Assembly: GCA_947471245.1 (NCBI GenBank)
Contig: CANIXM010000001.1
Span: 1-43,490, forward strand
Length of the DNA: 43,490 nt
Direction: 5' to 3'
Source of the DNA: Paludibacteraceae bacterium
GTDB taxonomy: Bacteria; Bacteroidota; Bacteroidia; Bacteroidales; Paludibacteraceae
Shown: piece by piece, positions 1 to 9,240 of the stretch
Layout: each line of letters opens with the position of its first letter
How positions within the stretch are numbered: position 1 is the first letter of the stretch
Position numbers and translations under genes: made by a program
The notes under the pieces: generated by a model
What the model saw: only the letters and a program-made list of their open reading frames with translations
The model's database searches: none
Told to the model about the DNA's origin: nothing

Positions 1-1
1 G

Positions 2-403
2 GAGCAAGATCCGCACGAAAAAAACATACGCAAAGCACTTAATCTTGGTCATACCTTTGGGCATGCATTCGAGAGTTTGTCTTACAAAATAGGCCATCCA
101 GTCCTGCACGGCTATGCTGTGATGTGGGGATTGCTTTGTGAATTGTACTTGTCGTTCATCAAGCTGAATTTTCCAAAAGAGGATTTACTTCGTCTCAAGT
201 ATTTGGCAAAGGAGCATTATGGCACATTCTCATTTGACTGCAAGCACTATGATGCGATTTTTGAACTGATGACTCATGATAAGAAAAACGAAAGCAAGGA
301 AATAAATTTCACTCTTTTGGCTGATGTAGGTGATATACGCATCAATCAATCAGCCACTAAAGATGAGATTTTTGAATGCCTTGACTTTTTTAGAGAAGGA
401 TGA
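2..403 (+). CDS. aroB: 3-dehydroquinate synthase, C-terminal part (truncated by window start)
   Basis: Frame is open from position 2: EQDPHEKNIRKALNLGHTFGHAFES...LHGYAV...DKKN, which are the DHQS metal-binding motifs (LNLGHTFGHA, HG.AV). Confidence 0.93.
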   Translation, partial: EQDPHEKNIRKALNLGHTFGHAFESLSYKIGHPVLHGYAVMWGLLCELYLSFIKLNFPKEDLLRLKYLAKEHYGTFSFDCKHYDAIFELMTHDKKNESKEINFTLLADVGDIRINQSATKDEIFECLDFFREG

Positions 404-408
404 AATTT

Positions 409-495
409 AATTAATAATTGATAATTGATAATTAGCTATGTCCATAGTGTAAATTGCTTAGACACAACGACCTAATTATACAATACTAACTATAC
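409..495. repeat. Short heptamer-type repeat (TAATTGA-like) with degenerate complementary arm
   Basis: aattaataattgataattgataattag (409-435) and ctaattatacaatactaactatac (472-495). Confidence 0.45.
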
Positions 496-496
496 A

Positions 497-526
497 CCCC
501 CTCCTTTGGAGGGGCTTGGGGAGGCT
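497..526 (+). repeat. REP-like GC-rich palindrome with G-rich tail
   Basis: cccctcc-ttt-ggagggg hairpin followed by cttggggaggc; similar layout at 19204-19233 (+) and 29769-29797 (-). Confidence 0.65.
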
Positions 527-532
527 TAACAA

Positions 533-892
533 ATGAAAAAAACTTTAATTATAGGAGCTAGTAGTAATCCTGATCGATATGCCTACAAAGCAGCAGAGCG
601 ATTGGTCAGTCATGGTCATGAGATAGAAATGATAGGGAGAAGTTCAGATGAAATATTTGGACAAGTGATTGACACGGAAAAGAAAGCATACACAGGTATT
701 GATACTGTTACGCTGTATTTATCATCCAAATTTCAGACGGAGTATTACGACTACATTGTTTCATTACATCCAAATCGTGTGGTTTTCAATCCTGGCACCG
801 AAAATTCTGAGTTCGAAGTGCTTCTTCAAGAACATGGAATAATAGCCGAACAGGCATGTACATTGGTACTACTAGGCACTGGACAATATTAA
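533..892 (+). CDS. CoA-binding protein (YccU-like)
   Basis: IIGASSNPDRYAY at the N-terminus, VFNPGTEN, and C-terminal ACTLVLL are typical of the CoA_binding_2 family. Confidence 0.85.
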   Translation: MKKTLIIGASSNPDRYAYKAAERLVSHGHEIEMIGRSSDEIFGQVIDTEKKAYTGIDTVTLYLSSKFQTEYYDYIVSLHPNRVVFNPGTENSEFEVLLQEHGIIAEQACTLVLLGTGQY

Positions 893-919
893 TATCTTTT
901 TACACAACAAAAATACAAA

Positions 920-1636
920 ATGAAAATAGCATTAATCGGATATGGCAAAATGGGTAAAACCATTGAGCGAATAGCAATAGAGCGTGGGCACGAGATTGTG
1001 TCAATAATTGATGTGAACAATTTGGATGATTTTGACTCACCAGCATTTAAAAGTGCTGATGTAGCCATTGAGTTTACGGTACCTCAAGTAGCGCTGAGCA
1101 ATTACCGAAGAGCATTTGCATCGGGTGTGGCTGTGGTTTCAGGAACCACTGGATGGACAGATGAATTACCCACGTTTCGCAAAGAGATAGAAGATGGTGG
1201 ACATACACTTTTCTGGTCGTCCAACTTCAGCATCGGAGTCAATATCTTTATGGCTGTCAATAAGCATTTGGCCAAAATCATGAATCAGTTTCCAACCTAC
1301 AATGTGGAAATGACAGAGGTACACCATACCCAAAAACTGGATGCGCCAAGTGGCACTGCCATCACTTTGGCTGAGGGGTTACTCGATAACCTGCATAGAA
1401 AATCTGCTTGGGTAAAAGAAACTGAAACAAACCCCAACGAACTGGCCATCAAGTCCATTCGTGAAGGGCAAGTGCCAGGTATTCACACCATCACGTATGA
1501 GTCAGATGTGGATACCATCACCATCACTCACGATGCCAAAAGTCGCGAAGGTTTTGCTCTAGGTTCAGTGGTTGCCGCCGAGTTTACTGCAGGCAAAAAA
1601 GGTTTGTTGGGCATGGAAGATTTAATGAAATTCTAA
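920..1636 (+). CDS. dapB: 4-hydroxy-tetrahydrodipicolinate reductase
   Basis: GYGKMG Rossmann motif, GTTGW, EVHHTQKLDAPSGTA catalytic loop. Confidence 0.97.
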   Translation: MKIALIGYGKMGKTIERIAIERGHEIVSIIDVNNLDDFDSPAFKSADVAIEFTVPQVALSNYRRAFASGVAVVSGTTGWTDELPTFRKEIEDGGHTLFWSSNFSIGVNIFMAVNKHLAKIMNQFPTYNVEMTEVHHTQKLDAPSGTAITLAEGLLDNLHRKSAWVKETETNPNELAIKSIREGQVPGIHTITYESDVDTITITHDAKSREGFALGSVVAAEFTAGKKGLLGMEDLMKF

Positions 1637-1656
1637 CACAAATTAACAATAATTGT

Positions 1657-3138
1657 ATGGCTATCGAAAAAGAAACAACACCCTCTACATCGCGATTTGC
1701 AAAATCAAAAACAGAATGGGCAAAAGCCATTGTGTGGTGTTTGTTGTACATACTTTTCATCATCTGGGTGGGGAGTTATGGTTGGTTGATACTTCTTCCA
1801 CTGATTTTTGATGCATTTATAACAGAGTACGTGCCTTGGACATGGTGGAAAAAGTCAAAAAACAAGACCGTTTTAGCTGTTATGGGATGGGTGGATGCCA
1901 TCGTTTTTGCTTTGGTGGCGGTGTATTTTATCAACACCTATCTTTTTCAGAATTATCAGATACCGACTTCCTCTTTGGAAAAAACATTATTGGTTGGTGA
2001 TTTCCTTTTTGTAAGCAAAGCTAGTTATGGACCACGTGTTCCTAATACGCCTCTTTCATTTCCATTGGTGCAACATACTTTTCCGTTGCTGAACTGCAAA
2101 TCATTTATTGAAAACCCTCAGTGGGATTACAAACGACTACAAGGTATAGATGAAATAAAGCGAAATGACATTGTAGTATTTAACTTTCCTTGCGGAGACA
2201 CTGTCCCCACTAAAGCTGAGAATCCAGGCTATTACCAACTTTGTTACGAAGCTGGAAAGCAACACATTGCAACTCAGGACTCCACTATAGCTAGAAGCAC
2301 AGCCAACTATTTCAGCTACGGAAGGAAGATAGTGCGTTCTACTCCTCAAACCTATGGAGAAATTGTATATCGTCCTGTGGATAGACGTGAGAATTACGTG
2401 AAACGATGTGTGGCTATTGCTGGAGATTGGATCAAGATAGTGGACAATCAGTTGTATGTAAATGACAAACCTCAGGAAAAAATCCCTGGTATTCAGTTGA
2501 ATTACTTTGTTCAAACAGATGGCACCCAATTATCATCCGAACTGTTGGACAAACTACATATAAGTGTAGATGATAGATTGCAATACGACCCTTCACAAGC
2601 GGTAGAACTTGCCAAGCATCTAGGCTTTGACCCAAGTCTGCCCATATACCACTTCCCAATGAACGAAGATACCCACGCCAAAATGCAGCAATTAACGGGT
2701 GTGGTGAAAATAAAAGTAGAACCGACAGAGATATACGGTGGCGAAGTGTTCCCTCTGGGAGGTGGAAAGCCATGGACAAGAGACAACTTTGGTCCATTGT
2801 ACATTCCTAAAAGAGGCGACATTCTTAAACTAAATAAATACAATCTACCACTTTATGAACGTGCAATCAGTGTGTATGAACATAATAAGTTAGAGGTAAA
2901 AGGAGAACAAATTTTTATTAATGACAAGCTCACTTCCACCTATCAGTTTAAGATGAATTATTATTGGATGATGGGCGACAACCGCCACAATTCAGCAGAT
3001 TCGCGCTACTGGGGATTTGTACCTGAAGACCATGTGGTGGGACGTCCGGTAGCTGTGTGGTTGTCATTGGATAAAGACAAAGGTTGGTTTGAAGGAAAAA
3101 TACGTTGGAATAGGTTTTTCAAAAATGCAGAACAGTAA
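1657..3138 (+). CDS. lepB: Signal peptidase I (long Bacteroidota type)
   Basis: N-terminal TM helices, IPTSSLEKTLLVGD (catalytic Ser), YVKRC (catalytic Lys), MGDNRHNSADSRYWG. Confidence 0.96.
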   Translation: MAIEKETTPSTSRFAKSKTEWAKAIVWCLLYILFIIWVGSYGWLILLPLIFDAFITEYVPWTWWKKSKNKTVLAVMGWVDAIVFALVAVYFINTYLFQNYQIPTSSLEKTLLVGDFLFVSKASYGPRVPNTPLSFPLVQHTFPLLNCKSFIENPQWDYKRLQGIDEIKRNDIVVFNFPCGDTVPTKAENPGYYQLCYEAGKQHIATQDSTIARSTANYFSYGRKIVRSTPQTYGEIVYRPVDRRENYVKRCVAIAGDWIKIVDNQLYVNDKPQEKIPGIQLNYFVQTDGTQLSSELLDKLHISVDDRLQYDPSQAVELAKHLGFDPSLPIYHFPMNEDTHAKMQQLTGVVKIKVEPTEIYGGEVFPLGGGKPWTRDNFGPLYIPKRGDILKLNKYNLPLYERAISVYEHNKLEVKGEQIFINDKLTSTYQFKMNYYWMMGDNRHNSADSRYWGFVPEDHVVGRPVAVWLSLDKDKGWFEGKIRWNRFFKNAEQ

Positions 3139-3159
3139 TTGGTTGAACAATAAATTTCT

Positions 3160-3816
3160 ATGTCTGTGATTTGCCTCACGTCTGCTTATTTGGCACCAGT
3201 TTCTTATTTTGAATGGATAGTTGAATCAGGTGAAATACTGATGGAACAGTGGGATAGTTATGAAAAACAATCCTATCGTAATCGATGCATTATAGCCACT
3301 GCCAATGGAAAATTGGCACTGAGCATTCCTATTGAAAAGTCATCCAACCCAAAACCGCTGACGCGTGATGTGCAGGTCTCCAATCATTTGGATTGGCAAA
3401 TGCAACATTGGAGAGCTATCGAATCGGCTTATAACTCTAGCCCATTTTTTGAGTTTTACAAAGATGATTTTATACCATTGTATGAAAAGAAATGGAAATT
3501 CTTGTGGGATTTCAACCATGAAATTCAGTTAAAAATATTCGAATTGCTTGAAATTCAGCCAAAAATAGTGTTAACGACCCAATTTAATTTGGAATTGAGC
3601 GAAAATGTATTAGATTTGCGTAAGTGTATTCATCCCAAAAATGATTTAAAGATAAACACACAGCTGAGCTACTATCAAGTTTTTGAAAACAAATTCGGTT
3701 TCACACCCGATTTAAGCATTATAGATTTGCTGTTTAATATGGGCAATGAGGCTCAATTAGTGTTAAATAATAAGGAAAAGAAAAATATATTTTATGGAAC
3801 AGATAGATTGGAGTAA
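3160..3816 (+). CDS. WbqC family protein
   Basis: YEKQSYRNRC, AYNSSPFFEFY, LSIIDLLFNMG; follows lepB as usual in Bacteroidota; overlaps ilvE by 23 bp. Confidence 0.9.
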   Translation: MSVICLTSAYLAPVSYFEWIVESGEILMEQWDSYEKQSYRNRCIIATANGKLALSIPIEKSSNPKPLTRDVQVSNHLDWQMQHWRAIESAYNSSPFFEFYKDDFIPLYEKKWKFLWDFNHEIQLKIFELLEIQPKIVLTTQFNLELSENVLDLRKCIHPKNDLKINTQLSYYQVFENKFGFTPDLSIIDLLFNMGNEAQLVLNNKEKKNIFYGTDRLE

Positions 3817-4813
3817 TCTAACGTTTGGCTACTTAAAAACGGATTTCAACATACGCTGCCATTACACCAATGGTGCGTGGGGCGAGTTGGAAGTTTCGGA
3901 TAGCGAACATCTCACACTCCACATGGCAGCTACCTGCTTGCATTATGGGCAAGAGGCATTTGAGGGTTTGAAAGCTTTTAGAGGGAAAGATGGTGTCATT
4001 CGAATTTTCAGAATTGAAGCCAACGCAAATCGTCTCCAAAAATCAAGTGAAGGCTTGATGATGGCCGAATTGCCCACCGATTTGTTTACAGAAGCTGTAC
4101 TGAAAGCTGTAAAATTAAACGAACGCTTTGTGCCACCTTATGAGTCGGGAGCGTCACTTTACATTCGTCCATACCTTTTTGGAACGAGTGCTCAAGTTGG
4201 CGTAAAACCAGCTAAAGACTATATGTTTGTGGTATTTGTAACGCCTGTAGGTCCATATTTCAAAGGGGGATTTGAAGCTACTCCTTATGTCATCATGCGT
4301 GAATATGACAGAGCAGCTCCGCTTGGCACAGGTACTATCAAAGCAGGTGGCAATTATGCTGCCAGCCTAGTAGCAGGCGCCAAAGCCAACGAAATGGGCT
4401 ATTCGGCTGTATTTTATTTGGATTCAAAAGAAAAAAAATACATTGATGAGTGTGGTGCTGCCAACTTTTTTGGCATCAAAAACAACACCTACGTTACACC
4501 AGAGTCTACGTCAATATTACCCTCCATTACCAACAACAGCCTGATGGCATTGGCAAAAGAAATGGGAATGAAAGTAGAGCAACGACAAGTACCAGTTGAG
4601 GAATTAGAGACATTTGAGGAAGCTGGTGCATGTGGCACAGCAGCGGTAATTAGCCCTATTCAACGAATTGATGATTTACAAGAAAACAAATCTTATGTCT
4701 TTTCAAAAGACGGTAATCCGGGTGAAATCTGTGTGAAATTGTATAAAAAATTGCAAGCAATACAATACGGTGATGAACCTGACAATTTCGGTTGGGTAAC
4801 CATCCTTAAATAA
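3794..4813 (+). CDS. ilvE: Branched-chain amino acid aminotransferase
   Basis: LHYGQEAFEGLK, LYIRP, KAGGNY (PLP Lys), ILPSIT, GTAAVISP. Confidence 0.96.
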   Translation: MEQIDWSNLTFGYLKTDFNIRCHYTNGAWGELEVSDSEHLTLHMAATCLHYGQEAFEGLKAFRGKDGVIRIFRIEANANRLQKSSEGLMMAELPTDLFTEAVLKAVKLNERFVPPYESGASLYIRPYLFGTSAQVGVKPAKDYMFVVFVTPVGPYFKGGFEATPYVIMREYDRAAPLGTGTIKAGGNYAASLVAGAKANEMGYSAVFYLDSKEKKYIDECGAANFFGIKNNTYVTPESTSILPSITNNSLMALAKEMGMKVEQRQVPVEELETFEEAGACGTAAVISPIQRIDDLQENKSYVFSKDGNPGEICVKLYKKLQAIQYGDEPDNFGWVTILK

Positions 4814-4819
4814 CAACTG

Positions 4820-5338
4820 ATGATACTTATTTCGGATGTATTTCCTATTGGCAAAATTGTGAAACCTCATGGAGTGAATGGAGAAATGGCTTTTTCGTTC
4901 ACTTCTGATGTTTTCGACAGAGAAGAGGTAGCGTATTTTGTCATAGAGATGGATGGTATTTTGGTGCCTTTTTTTATCAACGAACATCGTTTTAAAGGAA
5001 AGGAAACAGGATTGGTAAAATTGGATGGTGTAAACAATGACGATCAAGCACGCCAATTTGCAGGTTTGACCATCTACCTGCCCAAGCAATACTTATCGAA
5101 TGTGGAAGACACTGAAATCGAACTCGACTATTTTGTAGGTTTTACCTTGATGGAGGTTTCTGGTGTGCTGATTGGCGAAGTGACAGAGGTAGACCAAACA
5201 ACGGACAATGTACTGTTTGTAGTGCCAAAAGAAAATGATGAACTCTTAATACCTGCTGGTGAGGACTATATTGACAGAATAGATCACGACAAAAAGATTA
5301 TATATCTAAGTTTACCTGACGGTTTACTCGACTTATAA
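4820..5338 (+). CDS. rimM: Ribosome maturation factor RimM
   Basis: IGKIVKPHGVNGE N-terminus; PRC-barrel end LLIP...LPDGLLDL. Confidence 0.95.
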   Translation: MILISDVFPIGKIVKPHGVNGEMAFSFTSDVFDREEVAYFVIEMDGILVPFFINEHRFKGKETGLVKLDGVNNDDQARQFAGLTIYLPKQYLSNVEDTEIELDYFVGFTLMEVSGVLIGEVTEVDQTTDNVLFVVPKENDELLIPAGEDYIDRIDHDKKIIYLSLPDGLLDL

Positions 5339-5377
5339 TCAGCCCAATATTTCAAACAACCTTAAATCACTATTTCT

Positions 5378-6097
5378 ATGAAAAGACTAATAATTTTAGC
5401 CTCAGTGCTTTGTTTTTTTATCCAAGCGAGTTTTTCTCAGGAAATAGAATTAGCTCCGAAGTTCCAAAACACCTTTTACGGCATAGATGTTTCCAAATAT
5501 CAAGGGGACATTGACTGGGCGGGCGTAAAGAAATGGAACAATCACACCATTCACTTTGTGTATATCAAAGCCACAGAGGGTGCTACACTGCAAGACACCA
5601 AGTACAGTCAAAACGTGACAGGGGCAAAAGACAACGAGATATTGATAGGTAGCTACCATTATTTCAAAACCAAATCTTCGCCCAAGGAGCAGTTTAAAAA
5701 TTTCACCAAAATGGTGGATGCTAATAAACAAGATTTGATTCCAATGGTAGATGTAGAGGAAAAAAAGGGCTGTTCTGATGCAGACTTTCATAGAAACTTC
5801 AAAGAGTTCTTACGTCTGGTAGAAGCCCATTACGACCGAAAACCCATTATCTATACCTCCAATAGTTTTTACAACAAATACCTTTCGGGCAGATACAAAG
5901 ACTATCAAGTATTTCTAGGACGGTACTCTAAGGAGACTCCCAAAATTCATGACGGCCACTCCTGGACCGTGTGGCAATTTTCTGAAAAAGGAAACATAGA
6001 CGGCGTGTCACACAAGGTGGATATCAACCTCATCAATCCTGATTATCACCTTTCCGACCTATTAATATCCAAAGACAAGAAAATTAAGAAAGGTTAG
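5378..6097 (+). CDS. Glycoside hydrolase family 25 (lysozyme/muramidase), secreted
   Basis: Signal peptide; GIDVSKYQG, IKATEG, GSYHYF, DVE (DxE) catalytic motif, WQFS. Confidence 0.92.
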   Translation: MKRLIILASVLCFFIQASFSQEIELAPKFQNTFYGIDVSKYQGDIDWAGVKKWNNHTIHFVYIKATEGATLQDTKYSQNVTGAKDNEILIGSYHYFKTKSSPKEQFKNFTKMVDANKQDLIPMVDVEEKKGCSDADFHRNFKEFLRLVEAHYDRKPIIYTSNSFYNKYLSGRYKDYQVFLGRYSKETPKIHDGHSWTVWQFSEKGNIDGVSHKVDINLINPDYHLSDLLISKDKKIKKG

Positions 6098-6105
6098 TCT
6101 AGCAC

Positions 6106-6939
6106 CTATTTCGCTTGATTTTTTAAATCGTAGGTCTTGCCCTTTACCCATTGTGCCCATTGCGTAGGGGTTTTGGTCTTGTCAAAAGTTTGCCATGCGA
6201 TGGGCTTTCCTATCACAATTTTCAATTGCTTTCCCTTCTGATTGAACATCTCGTCTGACAAGTATAGCATTTCGATATTTATCTTAATGCCCAATCGCTT
6301 GCGTAAATTGCTTAGGTTGTAGAAAAAGTTTGAATTTCGCCCTTCGAAATAGATGGGTACCACATCTCGCTGAAAGCTTACGGCTTTATTGATGAAATTC
6401 TTTTTCCATTCCAAATCAACAATTTCTCCCTTTATTTTCCGAGAACACAAACCTGCCGGAAAAGTAAATATCAAATTATCAGACTCATACATCCTGTTGG
6501 CGAGTTCGGCTGTATGTTTGCTTTGTGCCCCCGATTTGTTGATGGGTATGAAAATGTCTTTCAATGGATGGAGGTTCATCAGTAGGTCATTGGTGAGCAG
6601 CAATATCTTATCATTATAATGTCGCCCAAAAATGTAGGGAATAGTAATCCCGTCAAGTCCCCCCAGTGGATGATTGCTCACCAATATAAAACGTGGATCT
6701 ATGGGCAAATTCTCCTTGCCTATCACGTCCACCTTTGCATCGAAGAAATGAAAAGCACCTTCCATAAAATCAACCCCTTTTAGGTCGGGGTTGTGCTCAA
6801 AGAAATAATTAAATTCTTCTTCGTGCGCAATCTTTCGAAGGTAGTTTACAATGAATTTTGGGATTGTGAGTCGTGGAAGCTTTTCTTTGAGTGCGGCTGC
6901 TACGTCTAGTTTGATGATCTTGTTGTCGCTCATATACAT
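6106..6939 (-). CDS. Lysophospholipid/glycerol acyltransferase family protein (possible glycine-lipid O-acyltransferase type)
   Basis: NHPLGGLDG and FPAG acyltransferase blocks; start may be the second Met (6933); minus-strand TAACTTTG -7 element at 6954-6961. Confidence 0.85.
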   Translation of the reverse strand: MYMSDNKIIKLDVAAALKEKLPRLTIPKFIVNYLRKIAHEEEFNYFFEHNPDLKGVDFMEGAFHFFDAKVDVIGKENLPIDPRFILVSNHPLGGLDGITIPYIFGRHYNDKILLLTNDLLMNLHPLKDIFIPINKSGAQSKHTAELANRMYESDNLIFTFPAGLCSRKIKGEIVDLEWKKNFINKAVSFQRDVVPIYFEGRNSNFFYNLSNLRKRLGIKINIEMLYLSDEMFNQKGKQLKIVIGKPIAWQTFDKTKTPTQWAQWVKGKTYDLKNQAK

Positions 6940-7133
6940 TTTGAATTACAGTACAAAGTTAATAAAAAATGGGGCTAAAACATAGCTGTTGCTAATCCGA
7001 ATTAGTTACAAACGGTAAGACAGGCAAACTTCATTGCTTTAGTAGCTGACAAGAATGTGCCTTTACCAGAGTTTTTAGTTGCTGGTTAATCATTCTTTCA
7101 CAGGTTTGAAATATGTATGAAATGTAACGAATG

Positions 7134-7141
7134 TAATTTTG
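7134..7141 (+). promoter_or_regulatory. Bacteroidota sigma-A -7 element
   Basis: TAATTTTG matches TAnnTTTG, ~135 bp upstream of the 7275 ORF. Confidence 0.5.
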
Positions 7142-7274
7142 TATCTAATAGTGCTATTGAAACAGTAGGATTACCTAATGTCAGTGAGGCAAAAACAGTT
7201 TCCAAATTATAATGCGTAGAAATCCTTGTTGGATGGCACTCAAATTATTATCAACATATTAATATTCAAGAAGA

Positions 7275-8873
7275 ATGAAAAAAATTACTTTAATTGTTTT
7301 AGTTGCTATGACCTATTTGCAGGTACAAGCACAAGTTCAAATTTTGCAGATTTACGAAAATAAGTCATCGGCTGCAATAGGTACTTACCAAGGAATAAAT
7401 TTCAGAGAAGGAGGGTTTTCTGGTTTGTGTGTGATACCTGGCACAGCGGGTAAAGAGTTCTATACACTTAGTGATAGAGGCGTTAATATTGACGCAAAAA
7501 ATGCAACTTGTACGCCTACTTACGACAAGATTTATGCATTTCCTACTTATGCGCCAAAAATCCACAGAATCAAATTGAATGGTGATTCTATTCAGATTCT
7601 ATCAAGTTTTACCATCAAACGCCCTAATGGAACTAATGCAACCGGCATCATCAATCCTACAGGTTTTGGCAGTACGTCAGTAGAAGCAGCATGGAACAAT
7701 ATCCCGTCCAATTGTGCTGATCCTTCATCGGTGACAGTGGCAAAAGATGCATGGGGAATTGATTGTGAAGGTATTGCTATCGGTAAAAATAATGATTTAT
7801 GGGTATGTGAAGAAGGTGGCACTACTGTGTGGAACCTTGCAGCTGATGGTAAAGTGATTAAACGCTACTCTCCTTATGCTAATTTGCCTGGTGCAGAACC
7901 ACAAGATGTGGCTATTGATACTGTGTTTAAATACAGAAAAAACAATAGAGGTTTCGAAGGAGTAGCCATCACACCTAATGGGAAAGTGTATGCCATTATC
8001 CAAAGTGCAATTTTATATCCAAATAAAACTGATGGCGAAAAATCAAACGTTCACCGCATTTTGGAAATAGACCCAGTGTCAGGAACAAGTAAAATGTATG
8101 CCTACCTTAATCCGGGTGACAATGGAACAAGTCCCAATAAAATCTCGGCAAAAGACTGGAAAATTGGTGATTTGACAGCTGTGAATGACTCTGTGCTGTT
8201 GGTGATAGAGCAAGGCGTAGGCGGCACTAACGTACAAAGAAATATCTACAAATTAAACTTCAAAAATGCAACACCCATAACATCAGGATTGTATAGTGGA
8301 AGTACAGTAGAGAAACTAAAAGATGCAGCAGGACTGCAAGCTAACAGCATTGTCCCAGTTACAAAAACACTGTTTTTAGACCTGAAAGCAAACGGATGGC
8401 CTGACGCATTGGACAAAGCAGAAGGATTAGCAATTGTCAATGACAGTACCATAGCCGTAGGTAATGATAATGACTTTGGTCAATCATCTCCAAGTGAAAA
8501 TGGAATTGCAACAGCAAATAATATCAGTAGCTTCATCTACGTTTTCAGATTGAAAGGTGCTAACAAAATCATGAATTACGTGGCGCAAAGCAATACAATC
8601 TCTACACCTACATCAGTAGAAGCTATGGAAGAAGGAGCTCAAAATTCAGAGATTGTTGTATTCCCGAATCCAGTTGCTGATGTGGTAAATATCAAATTGA
8701 ATAATCAATCTAGCGGTACGCTGGATGTGATAGATTTGGGTGGTAGAGTGCTTAAATCGGTTCAGTTCAATGGTGACAGCCAGTTGAATGTAAGTGATTT
8801 GGAAAAAGGAGTTTATGTGCTAAAAGTGACTACTCAAACAGCAAGTAAAGTGGTGAAATTGAGCAAAGAGTAA
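7275..8873 (+). CDS. Esterase-like activity of phytase family (beta-propeller) protein with T9SS type A C-terminal sorting domain
   Basis: Signal peptide; SDRG, DCEGI, NRGFEG, KAEGL, NDNDFG motifs; C-terminal VFPNP...DLGGR...GVYVLKV...KL. Confidence 0.88.
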   Translation: MKKITLIVLVAMTYLQVQAQVQILQIYENKSSAAIGTYQGINFREGGFSGLCVIPGTAGKEFYTLSDRGVNIDAKNATCTPTYDKIYAFPTYAPKIHRIKLNGDSIQILSSFTIKRPNGTNATGIINPTGFGSTSVEAAWNNIPSNCADPSSVTVAKDAWGIDCEGIAIGKNNDLWVCEEGGTTVWNLAADGKVIKRYSPYANLPGAEPQDVAIDTVFKYRKNNRGFEGVAITPNGKVYAIIQSAILYPNKTDGEKSNVHRILEIDPVSGTSKMYAYLNPGDNGTSPNKISAKDWKIGDLTAVNDSVLLVIEQGVGGTNVQRNIYKLNFKNATPITSGLYSGSTVEKLKDAAGLQANSIVPVTKTLFLDLKANGWPDALDKAEGLAIVNDSTIAVGNDNDFGQSSPSENGIATANNISSFIYVFRLKGANKIMNYVAQSNTISTPTSVEAMEEGAQNSEIVVFPNPVADVVNIKLNNQSSGTLDVIDLGGRVLKSVQFNGDSQLNVSDLEKGVYVLKVTTQTASKVVKLSKE

Positions 8874-8898
8874 AATATAATTGTTCTATCTTTCTTTT

Positions 8899-8932
8899 AA
8901 AAGAGATTGGCAACCGCCAGTCTCTTTTTTTT
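8899..8932 (+). terminator. Rho-independent terminator
   Basis: aaaagagattggc-aacc-gccagtctctttt stem followed by a T run. Confidence 0.85.
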
Positions 8933-9025
8933 AGCGCAACCCTTTTCAGACGCGGCATGTGACGTCACTATCTTCAATTGTATCTATGCGATTCAATTTT
9001 CAAATGAAACCTTTTGTGGTTCTAT

Positions 9026-9181
9026 ACTTCGTGATATTAGCCTTCGGCGATATTTACTTCGTGATATTTGCTTCGCGATATTAGCTTCGCGATATTAGCC
9101 TTCGGCGATATTTTACCTACGGCGGTATTTGCTTCGTGATATTTGCCTGCGGCGATATTTGTTGCGCGATAGCGACTTCGT
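9026..9181. repeat. Tandem array of ~11 mini-hairpin units (14-17 bp)
   Basis: Units are [acttcgt | gcttcgc | gccttcggc | acctacggc | gcttcgt | gcctgcggc | gttgcgc] plus linker gatattW. Confidence 0.9.
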
Positions 9182-9240
9182 GCCTTCGTGTCTTTGTGTT
9201 CAAAAAATGTTTTAACAGACGCCGAATCCAACGTCTCTAT
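9176..9240 (-). repeat. Two further REP-like elements abutting the mini-hairpin array
   Basis: Minus strand reads aacacaaagacacgaaggcacgaag (9176-9200; short-period repeat) and atag-agacgttgg-at-tcggcgtct (9217-9240; GTAG-REP-like hairpin). Confidence 0.5.

Noticed and set aside
9026-9181. CRISPR array or coding repeat (ORFs 8907-9098, 9037-9246, 9136-9327)
   Set aside because: Units are 14-17 bp without spacers and vary in length so frame is not preserved; the ORFs are low-complexity by-products.
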